NCBI GenBank assembly: GCA_007128625.1
Contig: SKXC01000009.1
Coordinates: forward strand, 1 to 37,323
Source: Syntrophomonadaceae bacterium
Lineage (GTDB): Bacteria; Bacillota; Dethiobacteria; DTU022
Length of the DNA: 37,323 nucleotides
Reading direction: 5' to 3'
Shown: piece after piece, positions 27,970-37,323 of the stretch
Layout of the letters: each line of letters opens with the position of its first letter
How positions within the stretch are numbered: the stretch's first letter is position 1
Translations under genes and position numbers: made by a program
Notes under the pieces: model-generated
Told to the model about the DNA's origin: nothing
The model's database searches: none
Seen by the model: the letters and a program-made list of their open reading frames with translations, nothing else

Positions 27970-28077
27970 ATTTTTCTTGCCATACTGATGACTGTTTTTG
28001 CTTCATAATGTAAAATTGGATCAGGTTAATCTTGAATCATAAGCTAACAGCATAAACAAAAAAAGCAGGTGATAATA

Positions 28078-28362
28078 ATGACCATGGTTTTAGAAGGATT
28101 ACTGGTGTTTATTAATATTTACACCTTTATAGTATTTGGCAGGATAATAATGTCCTGGTTCATGATGGGTGCCGGGGGAAGCGAAGCAGTGTCTTCAATC
28201 TACCAAATCTTATATGCCCTGACCGAACCTTTGCTTGCTCCTCTGCGGGCAGTTATTCCCACGGTTAAAATGGGTATGGGTGCCCTTGATCTGTCGCCGA
28301 TAGTGCTTTTGATATTGTTAAGGGTCGCCCGGCAGATAGTTTACCAGTATCTCTATTTTTAA
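28078..28362 (+). CDS. ylmG: YggT/YlmG family membrane protein
   Basis: RIIMSWF, LTEPLLAPLR, LDLSPIV. Confidence 0.92.
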   Translation: MTMVLEGLLVFINIYTFIVFGRIIMSWFMMGAGGSEAVSSIYQILYALTEPLLAPLRAVIPTVKMGMGALDLSPIVLLILLRVARQIVYQYLYF

Positions 28363-28378
28363 GGCAGGAGGAGGATAA

Positions 28379-29146
28379 ATGAGCTGGGGATCTTCCCTTA
28401 CTGAAGAAGAAAAGAAATGGCAGCAGAATTTTGAGCGTAAGCTTAATGAGGTTAAAGACATAAAATCATACAGTACGTCATTTTTAGATCCACGGCAGCT
28501 CGAGCTGGCTGAAGAGGTTTTAAAGAAAAAAGGCGAACTTTCATATACTGTATACGGGGGCTGTCCCGATGCAGAAAGAAATGCTGTTCAAGTCTTTCCT
28601 GCTCAGCATAAAGGAACACTTCCGCCTGTTACCGCCGTACTGGTTGAATGGGCAGACACCCGGGCAAAAATAGGGCACCGGGATCTGCTGGGCGCGGTGC
28701 TGGCTTTAGGTTTACGTCGTGATCAAATTGGTGATATAATCATGCTCCAGGAAGGTGGAGCAGCCTTAATGGTTATGCAATCGAAGGCTGATTTTATTTG
28801 TGTTAACCTTTTTCAGGCAGGCAATCTAACAGTAAAATGCAGCATAGTTGATCCGGAACAGCTGTCTTTGGCCGAAGATAATGCCAGAGTAATTAAAGGT
28901 ACAGTGGCCAGCCTGCGTGTTGATTCCCTGCTTTCACTCGGGTTTGGTCTATCCAGGTCAAGGGTAGTTAGAATGATCAAGGGGGGACTGGTCATTGTTA
29001 ACTGGCATCCGGTAGATTCGCCTTCTCTGCAGTTGAAAGAAGGCGATCATGTAACCTTAAGAGGCCGGGGGCGCCTGCAGCTTTGTTCGGTAGAAGGAGA
29101 AACACGTAAAGGTAGAATACGCCTGCAATTGAAAAAATATAGTTAA
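28379..29146 (+). CDS. ylmH: YlmH family S4-domain RNA-binding protein
   Basis: FLDP, HRDLLGAVLALGLRR, VASLRVD, RGRGR, TRKGR. Confidence 0.92.
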   Translation: MSWGSSLTEEEKKWQQNFERKLNEVKDIKSYSTSFLDPRQLELAEEVLKKKGELSYTVYGGCPDAERNAVQVFPAQHKGTLPPVTAVLVEWADTRAKIGHRDLLGAVLALGLRRDQIGDIIMLQEGGAALMVMQSKADFICVNLFQAGNLTVKCSIVDPEQLSLAEDNARVIKGTVASLRVDSLLSLGFGLSRSRVVRMIKGGLVIVNWHPVDSPSLQLKEGDHVTLRGRGRLQLCSVEGETRKGRIRLQLKKYS

Positions 29147-29180
29147 ACAGGCAGGAATAGCAGTTTTTCCAGCGAAATCA

Positions 29181-29218
29181 TGCTATAATGTTTGAAATAT
29201 TAGCCATAATATGGCTAA
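29181..29218 (+). promoter_or_regulatory. divIVA promoter (extended -10) followed by a perfect palindrome
   Basis: TGCTATAAT 29181-29189; TTAGCCATA-A-TATGGCTAA 29200-29218. Confidence 0.55.
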
Positions 29219-29284
29219 ACCAGAACAGTGCTTCCATAATGTTGGTTTTAGTATTATTTTAAAGAACATAAAGGAGGTAAAGTG

Positions 29285-30058
29285 ATGACTATTACACCGA
29301 TGGACATACAGAACAAGGAATTTGAACGTTCTTTTCGCGGCTATGACATTGAAGATGTTGATGAATTTTTAGATCTGATAGCCAAGGATTTAGAAGAACT
29401 TTCCCGGGAGAACATGGAATTGAAAGATCAGGTCAGTCAATTACAGGAAAAAAACAAGAATTACCAAAAATTAGAAGAAACCATGCATAATGCAATTGTT
29501 GTAGCCCAGGAAACAGCAGAAGAAGTTAAGCAAAATGCCAAAAGGGAAGCTGATTTGATCAGGCGGGAAGCAGAAAAAGAATCTCAGAGGATAGTTGAAG
29601 AGGCCCGCTATCGTTCCGGAAAAATTTTATATGAACAGGAAGAACTGTTTAAAAAGGCCCGGCTTTTTAGAATGCGCTTCCGTTCCTTTATAGAGGCCCA
29701 GCTTTCTTCACTGGAAAGTGAAGATTGGCTGCAAGAAGCAGAAAAAGAACAGGGAACCGCTGATTTTAAAAGAGAATATAAACCAGAAGTGAGTCACCAA
29801 CCAACAAGCGATTATCAATCCCGGTCCGATCTTAAAAAGCAGACCGGCCATGATCCCAAAGAGAGTTTTTGGCCAAAACCTGCTTCTAAACCAGAACCCC
29901 GGTTGGAACCTCAACTGAACGATGATCAGGACTATGATTTTGAACCCAAAAATGACTACGAATCAAAACCCGATTATGAATCAAAACCTGATTACGAATC
30001 AAAACCTGATTCAAGGCCGTATTTTGATGAGGATATCGAGTCAGATCCTGATTTTTAA
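29285..30058 (+). CDS. divIVA: DivIVA with long low-complexity C-terminal tail
   Basis: ITPMDIQNKEF..SFRGYD..VDEFLD, coiled coil, AQETAEEVK..A.REA. Confidence 0.95.
   Translation: MTITPMDIQNKEFERSFRGYDIEDVDEFLDLIAKDLEELSRENMELKDQVSQLQEKNKNYQKLEETMHNAIVVAQETAEEVKQNAKREADLIRREAEKESQRIVEEARYRSGKILYEQEELFKKARLFRMRFRSFIEAQLSSLESEDWLQEAEKEQGTADFKREYKPEVSHQPTSDYQSRSDLKKQTGHDPKESFWPKPASKPEPRLEPQLNDDQDYDFEPKNDYESKPDYESKPDYESKPDSRPYFDEDIESDPDF
29954..30010 (+). repeat. 18-bp tandem repeat x3 (DYESKP) in divIVA
   Basis: GACTACGAATCAAAACCC / GATTATGAATCAAAACCT / GATTACGAATCAAAACCT. Confidence 0.95.
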
Positions 30059-30102
30059 AACTTTAAGCTGATTTTTAATGGGAACTTAATGTCAGGTGCA
30101 TA

Positions 30103-30131
30103 TTGATTTAATTATTTTTACATGCTACAAT
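30103..30131 (+). promoter_or_regulatory. Sigma-A promoter of the ileS leader
   Basis: TTGATT-17 bp-TACAAT with extended TG. Confidence 0.7.
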
Positions 30132-30137
30132 CTGTTT

Positions 30138-30389
30138 CAAAAGCTGTGAACGGGACATAAAAGCAGTTTTACGCTTAACCAGAGAGCCGGTATAAGGTGA
30201 AAGTCCGGCTAAGCAATTCTGCTGCAAATCACCCGGGAGCTTCCGCCCAAAATTTCAAGAGAGAAAGAGTAGACGCGGACGGCAGGCACCGTTATTGCTT
30301 AATAAAAAGAGGCCACAGCTATTACTGTGACCAGTAGGGTGGTACCGCGGGAGAAATCTCGTCCCTGGACAGGGGCGATTTTTTATTTT
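30138..30389 (+). ncRNA. T-box riboswitch, Ile specifier
   Basis: AGAGA and GGTGAAA stem I motifs, specifier ATC at 30228-30230, T-box AGGGTGGTACCGCG 30336-30349, terminator downstream, precedes ileS. Confidence 0.95.
30359..30389 (+). terminator. T-box leader terminator
   Basis: TCGTCCCT-GGAC-AGGGGCGA followed by TTTTTTATTTT. Confidence 0.88.
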
Positions 30390-30440
30390 CAACTTAATTA
30401 TTTGCTATAATTCGACGGTGCAAACGGAGGAGAAAAAGAC

Positions 30441-33200
30441 ATGGATTACCGGGATACTTTAAATTTGCCTAAAACCGACTTTCCTATGCGGGCAAAGCTG
30501 CCGCAGCGCGAACCCGAATTGCTGGAATTCTGGACTAAAATTGATATTAACAACCTGGTACGGGAAAACCGCAGGGGATCAACTCTCTACATATTACATG
30601 ACGGGCCGCCCTATGCCAATGGCGATATTCATATGGGCACTGCCTTAAACAAGGTGCTTAAAGATATTATTAATAAGTATAAAACCATACAGGGTTTTGA
30701 TTGCCCTTATGTTCCCGGGTGGGATACGCATGGCCTTCCGATTGAGCATCAGATCATCAAAACCAGGAATATCAACCGCAAGGAAATATCCGACCTGGAA
30801 TTTAGAAGGATGTGCCGTGATTATGCCCTTAAATATGTTGATGTGCAAAGAACCCAGTTTAAACGACTCGGTGTGCGTGGCGACTGGGAAAATCCTTACC
30901 TGACCCTGGAACCGTCCTTTGAGAGCCGGCAGATTAAAGTTTTTGGAACGATGGCCGATAAAGGCTTTATTTATAAAGGTATGCGCCCGGTTTATTGGTG
31001 TGCAAGTTGTGAAACAGCACTTGCCGAAGCGGAAATAGAATACGCCAACAAGGTCTCAGATTCGATTTATGTTAAATTTCCTTTTATCGATGATCGCGGT
31101 TTGTTGGATGGAGTTAAAAACCGTTACTGCCTGATCTGGACTACCACGGCCTGGACTATTCCGGCCAACCTGGCGATAGCAGTTCACCCCGGGCTTGACT
31201 ATGTATTAGCTGATGCCGGTTCCGAACAGTACCTTCTGGCCGAAGGTCTGCTGGAAAAAGTATCCAGTCTGGCCGGTTCAAATGAACCCTGGCCGGTACT
31301 AAAACGTTTTAAAGGCAGTGAGCTGATCGGTATGCGCTGTCGGCACCCCCTTTATGAACGGGATTCTATCCTGCTGGAAGGTGATTATGTGACCCTGGAA
31401 CAGGGCACCGGTTGTGTGCACACTGCACCCGGTCACGGTTATGAAGACTTTATTACCGGTCAGGCCAATAACCTGCCAATTTTAAGCCCCCTGGATGATC
31501 GCGGCTATTTTACCGCTGAGGCGGAACAGTATGCCGGTTTGCATTATGATCAAGGTGGTAAAGCTGTAATAGAAGATTTGAAGCAAGAAGGGGCCTTAAT
31601 TAAAACCATCCCTATTGAACACCAGTACCCCAACTGCTGGCGCTGCAAGCTGCCGATCATCTACCGGGCAACCGAGCAGTGGTTTGCTTCCATAGAAGGA
31701 TTTCGTAAGGAGGCCCTGGCGGCAATTAATAAAGTCCGGTGGACTCCTGCCTGGGGTGAAGAAAGAATCTATAATATGATTGCCGAAAGACAGGACTGGT
31801 GCATATCTCGCCAGAGGACCTGGGGTGTGCCTATCCCCATTTTTTATTGCAATTCTTGTTCCGCCCCTTTGATTAACAACCGGACAATAGAAGTGGTTAG
31901 CGATCTTTTCGCCCGTGAAGGATCGGATGCCTGGTTTGCCCGGGAAGCAGAAGACATTCTGCCTGCAGATATTTCCTGCTCCGAATGTGGACATACCCGG
32001 TTTAGAAAAGAAACAGATACCATGGATGTCTGGTTCGATTCCGGTTCCAGCCATGATGCCGTCCTGGAAACCCGGCCGGAACTGCGATGGCCCTCAGACC
32101 TTTACATTGAAGGCAGCGATCAATACCGGGGCTGGTTTCACTCATCCCTGCTTACGGCAGTGGCCACCCGGGGCGAACCACCTTACAGGGCTGTTTTGAG
32201 TCACGGCTGGGTTGTCGACGGCGAAGGGAAAAAAATGTCCAAATCCCTGGGCAATGTCATATCCCCGGACGAAGTTATCAAGCAGTACGGGGCAGACATT
32301 TTACGGCTCTGGGCTTCCTCGGCTGACTTTACCCATGATGTGCATTTATCTGACGATATTCTGAGCCAGTTGATTGAAGTTTACCGAAAAATTCGCAACA
32401 CTATTCGTTTTTTGCTTGGCAGTTGTTACGATTTTGATCCTGCAACCCAGGCAGTAGATTATTCTTCCATGGAAGAACTCGACCGCTGGGCCCTTTATCG
32501 TCTCAGCGGCCTGGTTGAACGAAGTACCGGGGCATACGATAACTACGAATACCACCAATTTTTCCATGCCCTTCATAATTTCTGTGTGGTTGATATGAGC
32601 AACTTTTATCTTGATGTTATCAAAGACAGGCTTTATTGTTCAGCGCCTGGTGATCTCGAAAGGCGTTCCGCCCAGACTGTATTAATGACGATTCTTGAGT
32701 ACCTGGTGGTGATGATGTCACCAATTCTGACTTTTACTTCAGAAGAAATATGGCAGTACCTGCCTGCCCGGGAAAAGCAAAGTGTTCAGCTGTCCGATTG
32801 GCCCCAACCGGACCCACAGTGGAACGATCAGGAACTGGGAAACCGCTGGCAAACCCTGCTGGATGTCCGCGAAGAGGTTACACGGGCCCTGGAACAAGCC
32901 CGGAAGGATAAAATAATCGGCGGTTCACTGGAGGGCTCGGTTAAAATATGGGCAGATGGATCAATTTTTGAAAGCCTGCAGCAATATGCTGAACAACTGC
33001 CGGAGCTCTTTATCGTATCTGAAGCCTCGCTTATGGCTGACAGGAATAAAGCACCTGCCCAGGCAGTTAAAGGCCAGCGTTTTCCGGTTAGCATTCTTGT
33101 TGAAAAAACAGCTGGCAGTAAATGCCCGCGTTGCTGGATTTTTAACAGATCTTCCGGCGAGCTCTGCCCACGCTGCGGTGAAGTAACAGAAAGGCTTTAA
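30441..33200 (+). CDS. ileS: Isoleucine--tRNA ligase (type 1)
   Basis: LNLPKTDFPMRA, HDGPPYANG, HMGT (HIGH variant), WCISRQR, KMSKS, C-terminal CPRC..CPRC zinc site. Confidence 0.98.
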   Translation: MDYRDTLNLPKTDFPMRAKLPQREPELLEFWTKIDINNLVRENRRGSTLYILHDGPPYANGDIHMGTALNKVLKDIINKYKTIQGFDCPYVPGWDTHGLPIEHQIIKTRNINRKEISDLEFRRMCRDYALKYVDVQRTQFKRLGVRGDWENPYLTLEPSFESRQIKVFGTMADKGFIYKGMRPVYWCASCETALAEAEIEYANKVSDSIYVKFPFIDDRGLLDGVKNRYCLIWTTTAWTIPANLAIAVHPGLDYVLADAGSEQYLLAEGLLEKVSSLAGSNEPWPVLKRFKGSELIGMRCRHPLYERDSILLEGDYVTLEQGTGCVHTAPGHGYEDFITGQANNLPILSPLDDRGYFTAEAEQYAGLHYDQGGKAVIEDLKQEGALIKTIPIEHQYPNCWRCKLPIIYRATEQWFASIEGFRKEALAAINKVRWTPAWGEERIYNMIAERQDWCISRQRTWGVPIPIFYCNSCSAPLINNRTIEVVSDLFAREGSDAWFAREAEDILPADISCSECGHTRFRKETDTMDVWFDSGSSHDAVLETRPELRWPSDLYIEGSDQYRGWFHSSLLTAVATRGEPPYRAVLSHGWVVDGEGKKMSKSLGNVISPDEVIKQYGADILRLWASSADFTHDVHLSDDILSQLIEVYRKIRNTIRFLLGSCYDFDPATQAVDYSSMEELDRWALYRLSGLVERSTGAYDNYEYHQFFHALHNFCVVDMSNFYLDVIKDRLYCSAPGDLERRSAQTVLMTILEYLVVMMSPILTFTSEEIWQYLPAREKQSVQLSDWPQPDPQWNDQELGNRWQTLLDVREEVTRALEQARKDKIIGGSLEGSVKIWADGSIFESLQQYAEQLPELFIVSEASLMADRNKAPAQAVKGQRFPVSILVEKTAGSKCPRCWIFNRSSGELCPRCGEVTERL

Positions 33201-33245
33201 AATAACAGACAGATGATCTGGATAAGGAAGACCGGAGTGAAATGA

Positions 33246-33704
33246 TTGCGTAATTTAGTAATAATTGTAAGTATCATTATCATTGCTGATCAGGCAACCA
33301 AACATTTAGTGGCATCGACGATGGAAATCGGTCAATCCATTACCGTGATTAATAATTTTTTATATATCACTTATGTGCGCAATCCAGGCGCTGCTTTTGG
33401 CATGCTTCCCTACCAGACTAATTTTTTTATAGCGATCACTTTGATTGTGGCAGTCTTGATTCTCTATTATTACCGGCTTCTTTCTGAAAACCACAAATGG
33501 CTGCGAATTGGTCTTTCTCTGCAGCTCGGCGGGGCCTTTGGTAATTTGATCGACCGGATTAGTTCAGCACAGGTCATCGATTTTATAAATGTTACCATCT
33601 GGCCTCCTGTTTTTAACCTGGCAGATTCAGCGATCGTGATTGGAATTATTATCTTCCTGGTTTCCTTCTGGCTTGATCTTGATTTAAAAAGCAAAAGGAG
33701 CTGA
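33246..33704 (+). CDS. lspA: Signal peptidase II
   Basis: DQATK, NPGAAFG, GAFGNLIDR, VIDF, FNLAD. Confidence 0.96.
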   Translation: MRNLVIIVSIIIIADQATKHLVASTMEIGQSITVINNFLYITYVRNPGAAFGMLPYQTNFFIAITLIVAVLILYYYRLLSENHKWLRIGLSLQLGGAFGNLIDRISSAQVIDFINVTIWPPVFNLADSAIVIGIIIFLVSFWLDLDLKSKRS

Positions 33705-33708
33705 TTAT

Positions 33709-34497
33709 TTGTATCCCCAACTGTTTTCTGTCGGTAACCTGACAATCCATTCTTACGGTTTGATGATTGCCCTGGCTGTTCTTGTTTCGGCAGTGGCAAT
33801 CTACAGGGAAGCACCTAAAGAAAACCTGAGCCCCGATCATGTTCTTGAAGCGGTAATTGCCGCTACAATTTCCGGTTTGATCGGAGCAAGATTTCTTTAT
33901 GTCCTTTTAAACTGGAATTATTTTAGGGTTAACCCGATGGAGATTCTATTTGCCCGTTTTGAAGGACTATCATTTTACGGCGGTTTCTTCCTTGCGGTTT
34001 TAGTCCTTTATTTTTGGAGTAAATGGCGTCAACTAAATTTTTTGAAGCTGGCCGATCTCATGGCGCCTTACCTGGCCCTTGGTTATGCGTTCGGCCGGAT
34101 TGGCTGTTTTTTAAACGGCTGTTGTTTCGGAATAGAAACTAATTTACCCTGGGCTCTACCCGTAAGTATGTTTGACGATGTTTTGCGTCATCCCGTCCAG
34201 CTTTATGCCGCCCTGGGAGCAATAATAATCTTTATTGTGCTCAAACTATTACGTCCCGGCAGGCCCTTTGTCGGATTTATCCTGCTTTCCCTGTTTGCTC
34301 TATATGGCCTGTTACGCTTTACTACCGAGTTCTTTCGTTATGGGGAAGCAGTCGGGTTGGGATTAACCACGGCCCAGATCTTTAGCCTGTGTCTGACCCT
34401 GTTAGCGATAATAGTGATAATTGTGTTTACTAAAATCCAGGTGCCTTTTTTAAAAACCACCGGATCAAATAAACCTGATAAGGATGCCGGGAAATGA
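33709..34497 (+). CDS. lgt: Prolipoprotein diacylglyceryl transferase
   Basis: SYGLMI, GARFLYV, GLSFYGG, GRIGCFLNGCCFG, HPVQLY, RFTTEFFR. Confidence 0.92.
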   Translation: MYPQLFSVGNLTIHSYGLMIALAVLVSAVAIYREAPKENLSPDHVLEAVIAATISGLIGARFLYVLLNWNYFRVNPMEILFARFEGLSFYGGFFLAVLVLYFWSKWRQLNFLKLADLMAPYLALGYAFGRIGCFLNGCCFGIETNLPWALPVSMFDDVLRHPVQLYAALGAIIIFIVLKLLRPGRPFVGFILLSLFALYGLLRFTTEFFRYGEAVGLGLTTAQIFSLCLTLLAIIVIIVFTKIQVPFLKTTGSNKPDKDAGK

Positions 34498-35489
34498 TTT
34501 ATAATGACAGTCGCGGAGACCTGCAGGAAAATAGTGCCTGTGAGTTGCTCGTTTCAAGCAGCAAATCTTTTACTGCTAAAATTGAAGACGAGGATCGGCG
34601 TCTGGATCACTTTTTAGCAGAAAACCTGGTTGATATTTCCCGTAACCGGGTTCAAAAATTAGTTGAAGAAGGTCAGGTATCAGTTAACCGCCTTAAATGC
34701 ACTGATAATAACTATCGTTTAAAGTTGGGAGATCTGATCAATTTAACTATTCCTCCGCCGGAGAAAGCTTTAATAAAACCGGAAAAAATTACCCTTGATA
34801 TTATCTATGAAGATGAAGATTTGCTGGTTATAAACAAACCACGCGGTATGGTTGTTCATCCGGCTCCGGGTCACAGGAAAGGAACCCTGGTCAATGCCCT
34901 CCTCTACCACTGCAGTAATCTTTCGGGAATCGGGGGTGTAATACGGCCCGGTATAGTTCACCGTCTTGACAAAGATACATCCGGACTGCTGATTGTTGCC
35001 AAAAACGATCCCACGCATCGCAACCTTTCAGAACAGTTAAAATCCAGAAACCTGTGCCGGGAGTATATTGCCCTGGTCAGCGGGCGGGTTAAACCTGTAA
35101 TCGGCCGTATTGAAGCTCCTATTGCCCGCCATCCCCATCATAGAAAAAAAATGGCAGTTACGGCTGGAGGAAGGAAAGCAGTGACCCGCTACCGGGTCCT
35201 GAAATATTACGGACGCTACAGCCTGCTGCAGCTTAACCTGGAAACCGGTCGCACCCACCAGATTCGTGTTCACCTGGCCTATTTAGGTTACCCGGTTGTA
35301 GGTGATCACACTTATGCAAAAAGCAGCAGCTGGAATGAATTGCCATCTACCCTGTCACAACCTCATGCCCTCCATGCCCGCCGGATAAAATTTATGCACC
35401 CGCAGACCGGTGAACCCTTAGAATTCCTGGCCCCCCTGCCTGGCGATTTTAAAAAAGGATTGGTTTGGCTTAAAGCTAAGAAAGATTGA
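34494..35489 (+). CDS. rluD: RluA/RluD family 23S rRNA pseudouridine synthase with S4 domain
   Basis: RLDHFLA, NKPRGMVVHP, RPGIVHRLDKDTSG, LETGRTHQIRVH. Confidence 0.93.
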   Translation: MIYNDSRGDLQENSACELLVSSSKSFTAKIEDEDRRLDHFLAENLVDISRNRVQKLVEEGQVSVNRLKCTDNNYRLKLGDLINLTIPPPEKALIKPEKITLDIIYEDEDLLVINKPRGMVVHPAPGHRKGTLVNALLYHCSNLSGIGGVIRPGIVHRLDKDTSGLLIVAKNDPTHRNLSEQLKSRNLCREYIALVSGRVKPVIGRIEAPIARHPHHRKKMAVTAGGRKAVTRYRVLKYYGRYSLLQLNLETGRTHQIRVHLAYLGYPVVGDHTYAKSSSWNELPSTLSQPHALHARRIKFMHPQTGEPLEFLAPLPGDFKKGLVWLKAKKD

Positions 35490-35606
35490 AATTAGCCACA
35501 GTCTGAAATTTGAAGCGCACCCTGTTTACTAAAAGCTGCCCGGGCTTGTGACAATAACAAATCATGGTTTATCTGAGCCCTAACCCTCATAAGTAACAAG
35601 ATTATA

Positions 35607-37323
35607 TTACTCCAGGTTAAACTTACTGCGCAGCTCATTATCGAGGGGATTGGTGGTAATTGTCTGGAAATTTTCATAGAAAACCAGGCCCGGTTTGCCG
35701 CCCGGTCTGCGCCGCACATGGCGTATCTCTGTATAATCGACTGCTGCTGCGCTGCTTGTCCTGCCTTTGCTGAAATAAGCGGCCAAAAAGGCAGCTTCTT
35801 CAATGTCTTGTACAGGCGGCGGATATGGGGCTTCTTTCAGAACAACATGGGCACCCGGCAGTTTACGCACGTGAAACCAGGTATCGCGGCGGGCCGCGGC
35901 TTTAAAGGTAATGTAGTCATTCTGGCGGTTGTTGTTTCCGACCAGGACAGTATGACCGGCCGAGGTTTTAAATTTTGCCGGCTGCGGAGCCGAATCCATT
36001 TTCTTCTCTTTTTTCACCCGGTCACGCAAATACCCTGTATCAATCATTTCCTGGCGAATTTCTTCCAGGGATGATCGGTTATTATTCTCGATTGCATAAA
36101 GCAATCCCAGGCAGTATTCAATTTCAGTAGCGGTTTTATTTAGCTGCTTTTTGATTTTCTGCTCTCCTTTTTTAGCCTTTCGATAACGGTTAAAGTGATG
36201 TTGTGCATTTTCCATGGCTGACCGGGAAGGGTCAAGGGGTACTTTTACCAGGTTATCCGGATCATATAAGTCAGGCAGAACAACACATTCGCTTCCCCGG
36301 GTAACCTTATCCTGGTATGTTAACAGCAATTCACCGTAAAGACGGTGCTGTGGTGCATTTTTTGCATCAGCCAATTCTTTACTTTGCTGTTTTTGCTTTT
36401 TATAGAGCCTGCCCAGCTTTTTTTCAACATTGTTTGTCAGCTGCTGCTTAAGCTGTTTCTCCAGCTCTTTTCCGATCAGGTCCCTGTAAAATCGGTCAAG
36501 CATTTCGTTTGACTGATCAAAGACTTGTTGTTCAGCCCGGGGAAGGTGATCAAGAGGCACGGCGGCATAAATATTTCTGCCCGGCAGCATGACCGGCTGC
36601 AGTTTGGTGGTCCTGAAATCGTTAACGAGCTTTTTTACCTCGGTAAATAAAGCTTTGACAGCTTCGTCAAAATTATTATCAGCCTTAAAGCTGCTCCGGT
36701 AGAGCAGCTCCCGAGCCATTAACGGGTTGATCCCTTCAACAGCGCCATAAAGTGCTTGTTCCGGTTTTTTGCCTTCACTGGTTAAATTCCGGAACGCATT
36801 AATGAATTCTTTTTGTTCCATCTCCAGCGGGTTTAGTTTATTCTGTGGAGGAGCCGGACGATACAATTCACCGGGCAAAATTGCCCGTTTCGGATTTTTA
36901 TCCAGCGAAACCGGTTTAATTGCCCCCAATATAATATCCCGGTTGTCAACCAGGATCAGGTTGCTGCGTCGATTCATGATTTCAGCAACCAGTTTTACCG
37001 GTGGCATTTTATCCGCAGGTTCAAAGATTATTTCAAGTATTCTTTCCAAAGGAGGGCTGGTAAAGGAAACAGCCCGGCCTCCGACCAGGTATTTGCGCAG
37101 CAGCATGCAAAAAGGCGACGGGTTTTCTTTGGCCCGGTAACGCTTTTCGGTCAGGTGAACCCGGGCATACCTTGAATCAACTGAAAAAAGAAGGCCCGGT
37201 TGACTGCCTTTTGAGTACAGATGGATAATTATTTCACCCCGGCCGGGCTCGTAGATCCGTTGAACAGGTGCACCGGTGAGCCGGGCTTGCAGTTCATCTT
37301 TTACTGCTTTCATGATTAAGGAA
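35607..37323 (-). CDS. rqcH: Ribosome quality control factor RqcH (NFACT/FbpA family); 5' end probably outside the window
   Basis: FCMLLRKYL, LERI, EIMNRRSNLIL, GNNNRQND, DTWFH, GAHV, AAYFSK, VDYT; frame stays open upstream of ATG 37313 (S-L-I-M) to the window edge. Confidence 0.93.
   Translation of the reverse strand, partial: SLIMKAVKDELQARLTGAPVQRIYEPGRGEIIIHLYSKGSQPGLLFSVDSRYARVHLTEKRYRAKENPSPFCMLLRKYLVGGRAVSFTSPPLERILEIIFEPADKMPPVKLVAEIMNRRSNLILVDNRDIILGAIKPVSLDKNPKRAILPGELYRPAPPQNKLNPLEMEQKEFINAFRNLTSEGKKPEQALYGAVEGINPLMARELLYRSSFKADNNFDEAVKALFTEVKKLVNDFRTTKLQPVMLPGRNIYAAVPLDHLPRAEQQVFDQSNEMLDRFYRDLIGKELEKQLKQQLTNNVEKKLGRLYKKQKQQSKELADAKNAPQHRLYGELLLTYQDKVTRGSECVVLPDLYDPDNLVKVPLDPSRSAMENAQHHFNRYRKAKKGEQKIKKQLNKTATEIEYCLGLLYAIENNNRSSLEEIRQEMIDTGYLRDRVKKEKKMDSAPQPAKFKTSAGHTVLVGNNNRQNDYITFKAAARRDTWFHVRKLPGAHVVLKEAPYPPPVQDIEEAAFLAAYFSKGRTSSAAAVDYTEIRHVRRRPGGKPGLVFYENFQTITTNPLDNELRSKFNLE

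Noticed and set aside
29954-30010. CRISPR-like array
   Set aside because: Repeats are contiguous with no spacers and lie in frame within divIVA
35490-35606. Bidirectional terminator or Rex-like site between rluD and rqcH
   Set aside because: No strong hairpin with T-tracts; TTGTGACAATAACAA does not fit Rex spacing

Overview
Core-genome segment of a low-to-mid GC Bacillota (Clostridia-like) anaerobe, with 31 protein genes, all but the last on the + strand. Order: one 1030-aa ORF fusing HisRS and AspRS, 6S RNA, mgtE, a dcw cluster (mraZ rsmH ftsL pbp murF mraY murD ftsW murG murB ftsQ ftsA ftsZ; no murE), aconitase plus a NifV/AksA-like synthase, an nrdR-nrdD-nrdG class III ribonucleotide reductase operon with tandem NrdR boxes, pgeF, an HlyD-like gene, yggS, yggT, ylmH, divIVA (no sepF), an Ile T-box with ileS, lspA, lgt, an rluD-family gene, and a convergent rqcH cut by the window edge. 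No mobile elements, CRISPR, tRNA or rRNA were seen. Most notable: (1) the in-frame HisS-AspS fusion; (2) nrdG has no ATG/GTG/TTG start before its radical-SAM motif and continues in frame straight after the nrdD TGA (ATT initiation, readthrough, frameshift or an error); (3) several division and sporulation departures (no spoIIGA-sigE-sigG after ftsZ, no murE, no sepF, PASTA-less PBP, divergent FtsZ tail). All calls come from motif recognition by eye; no database search was run.
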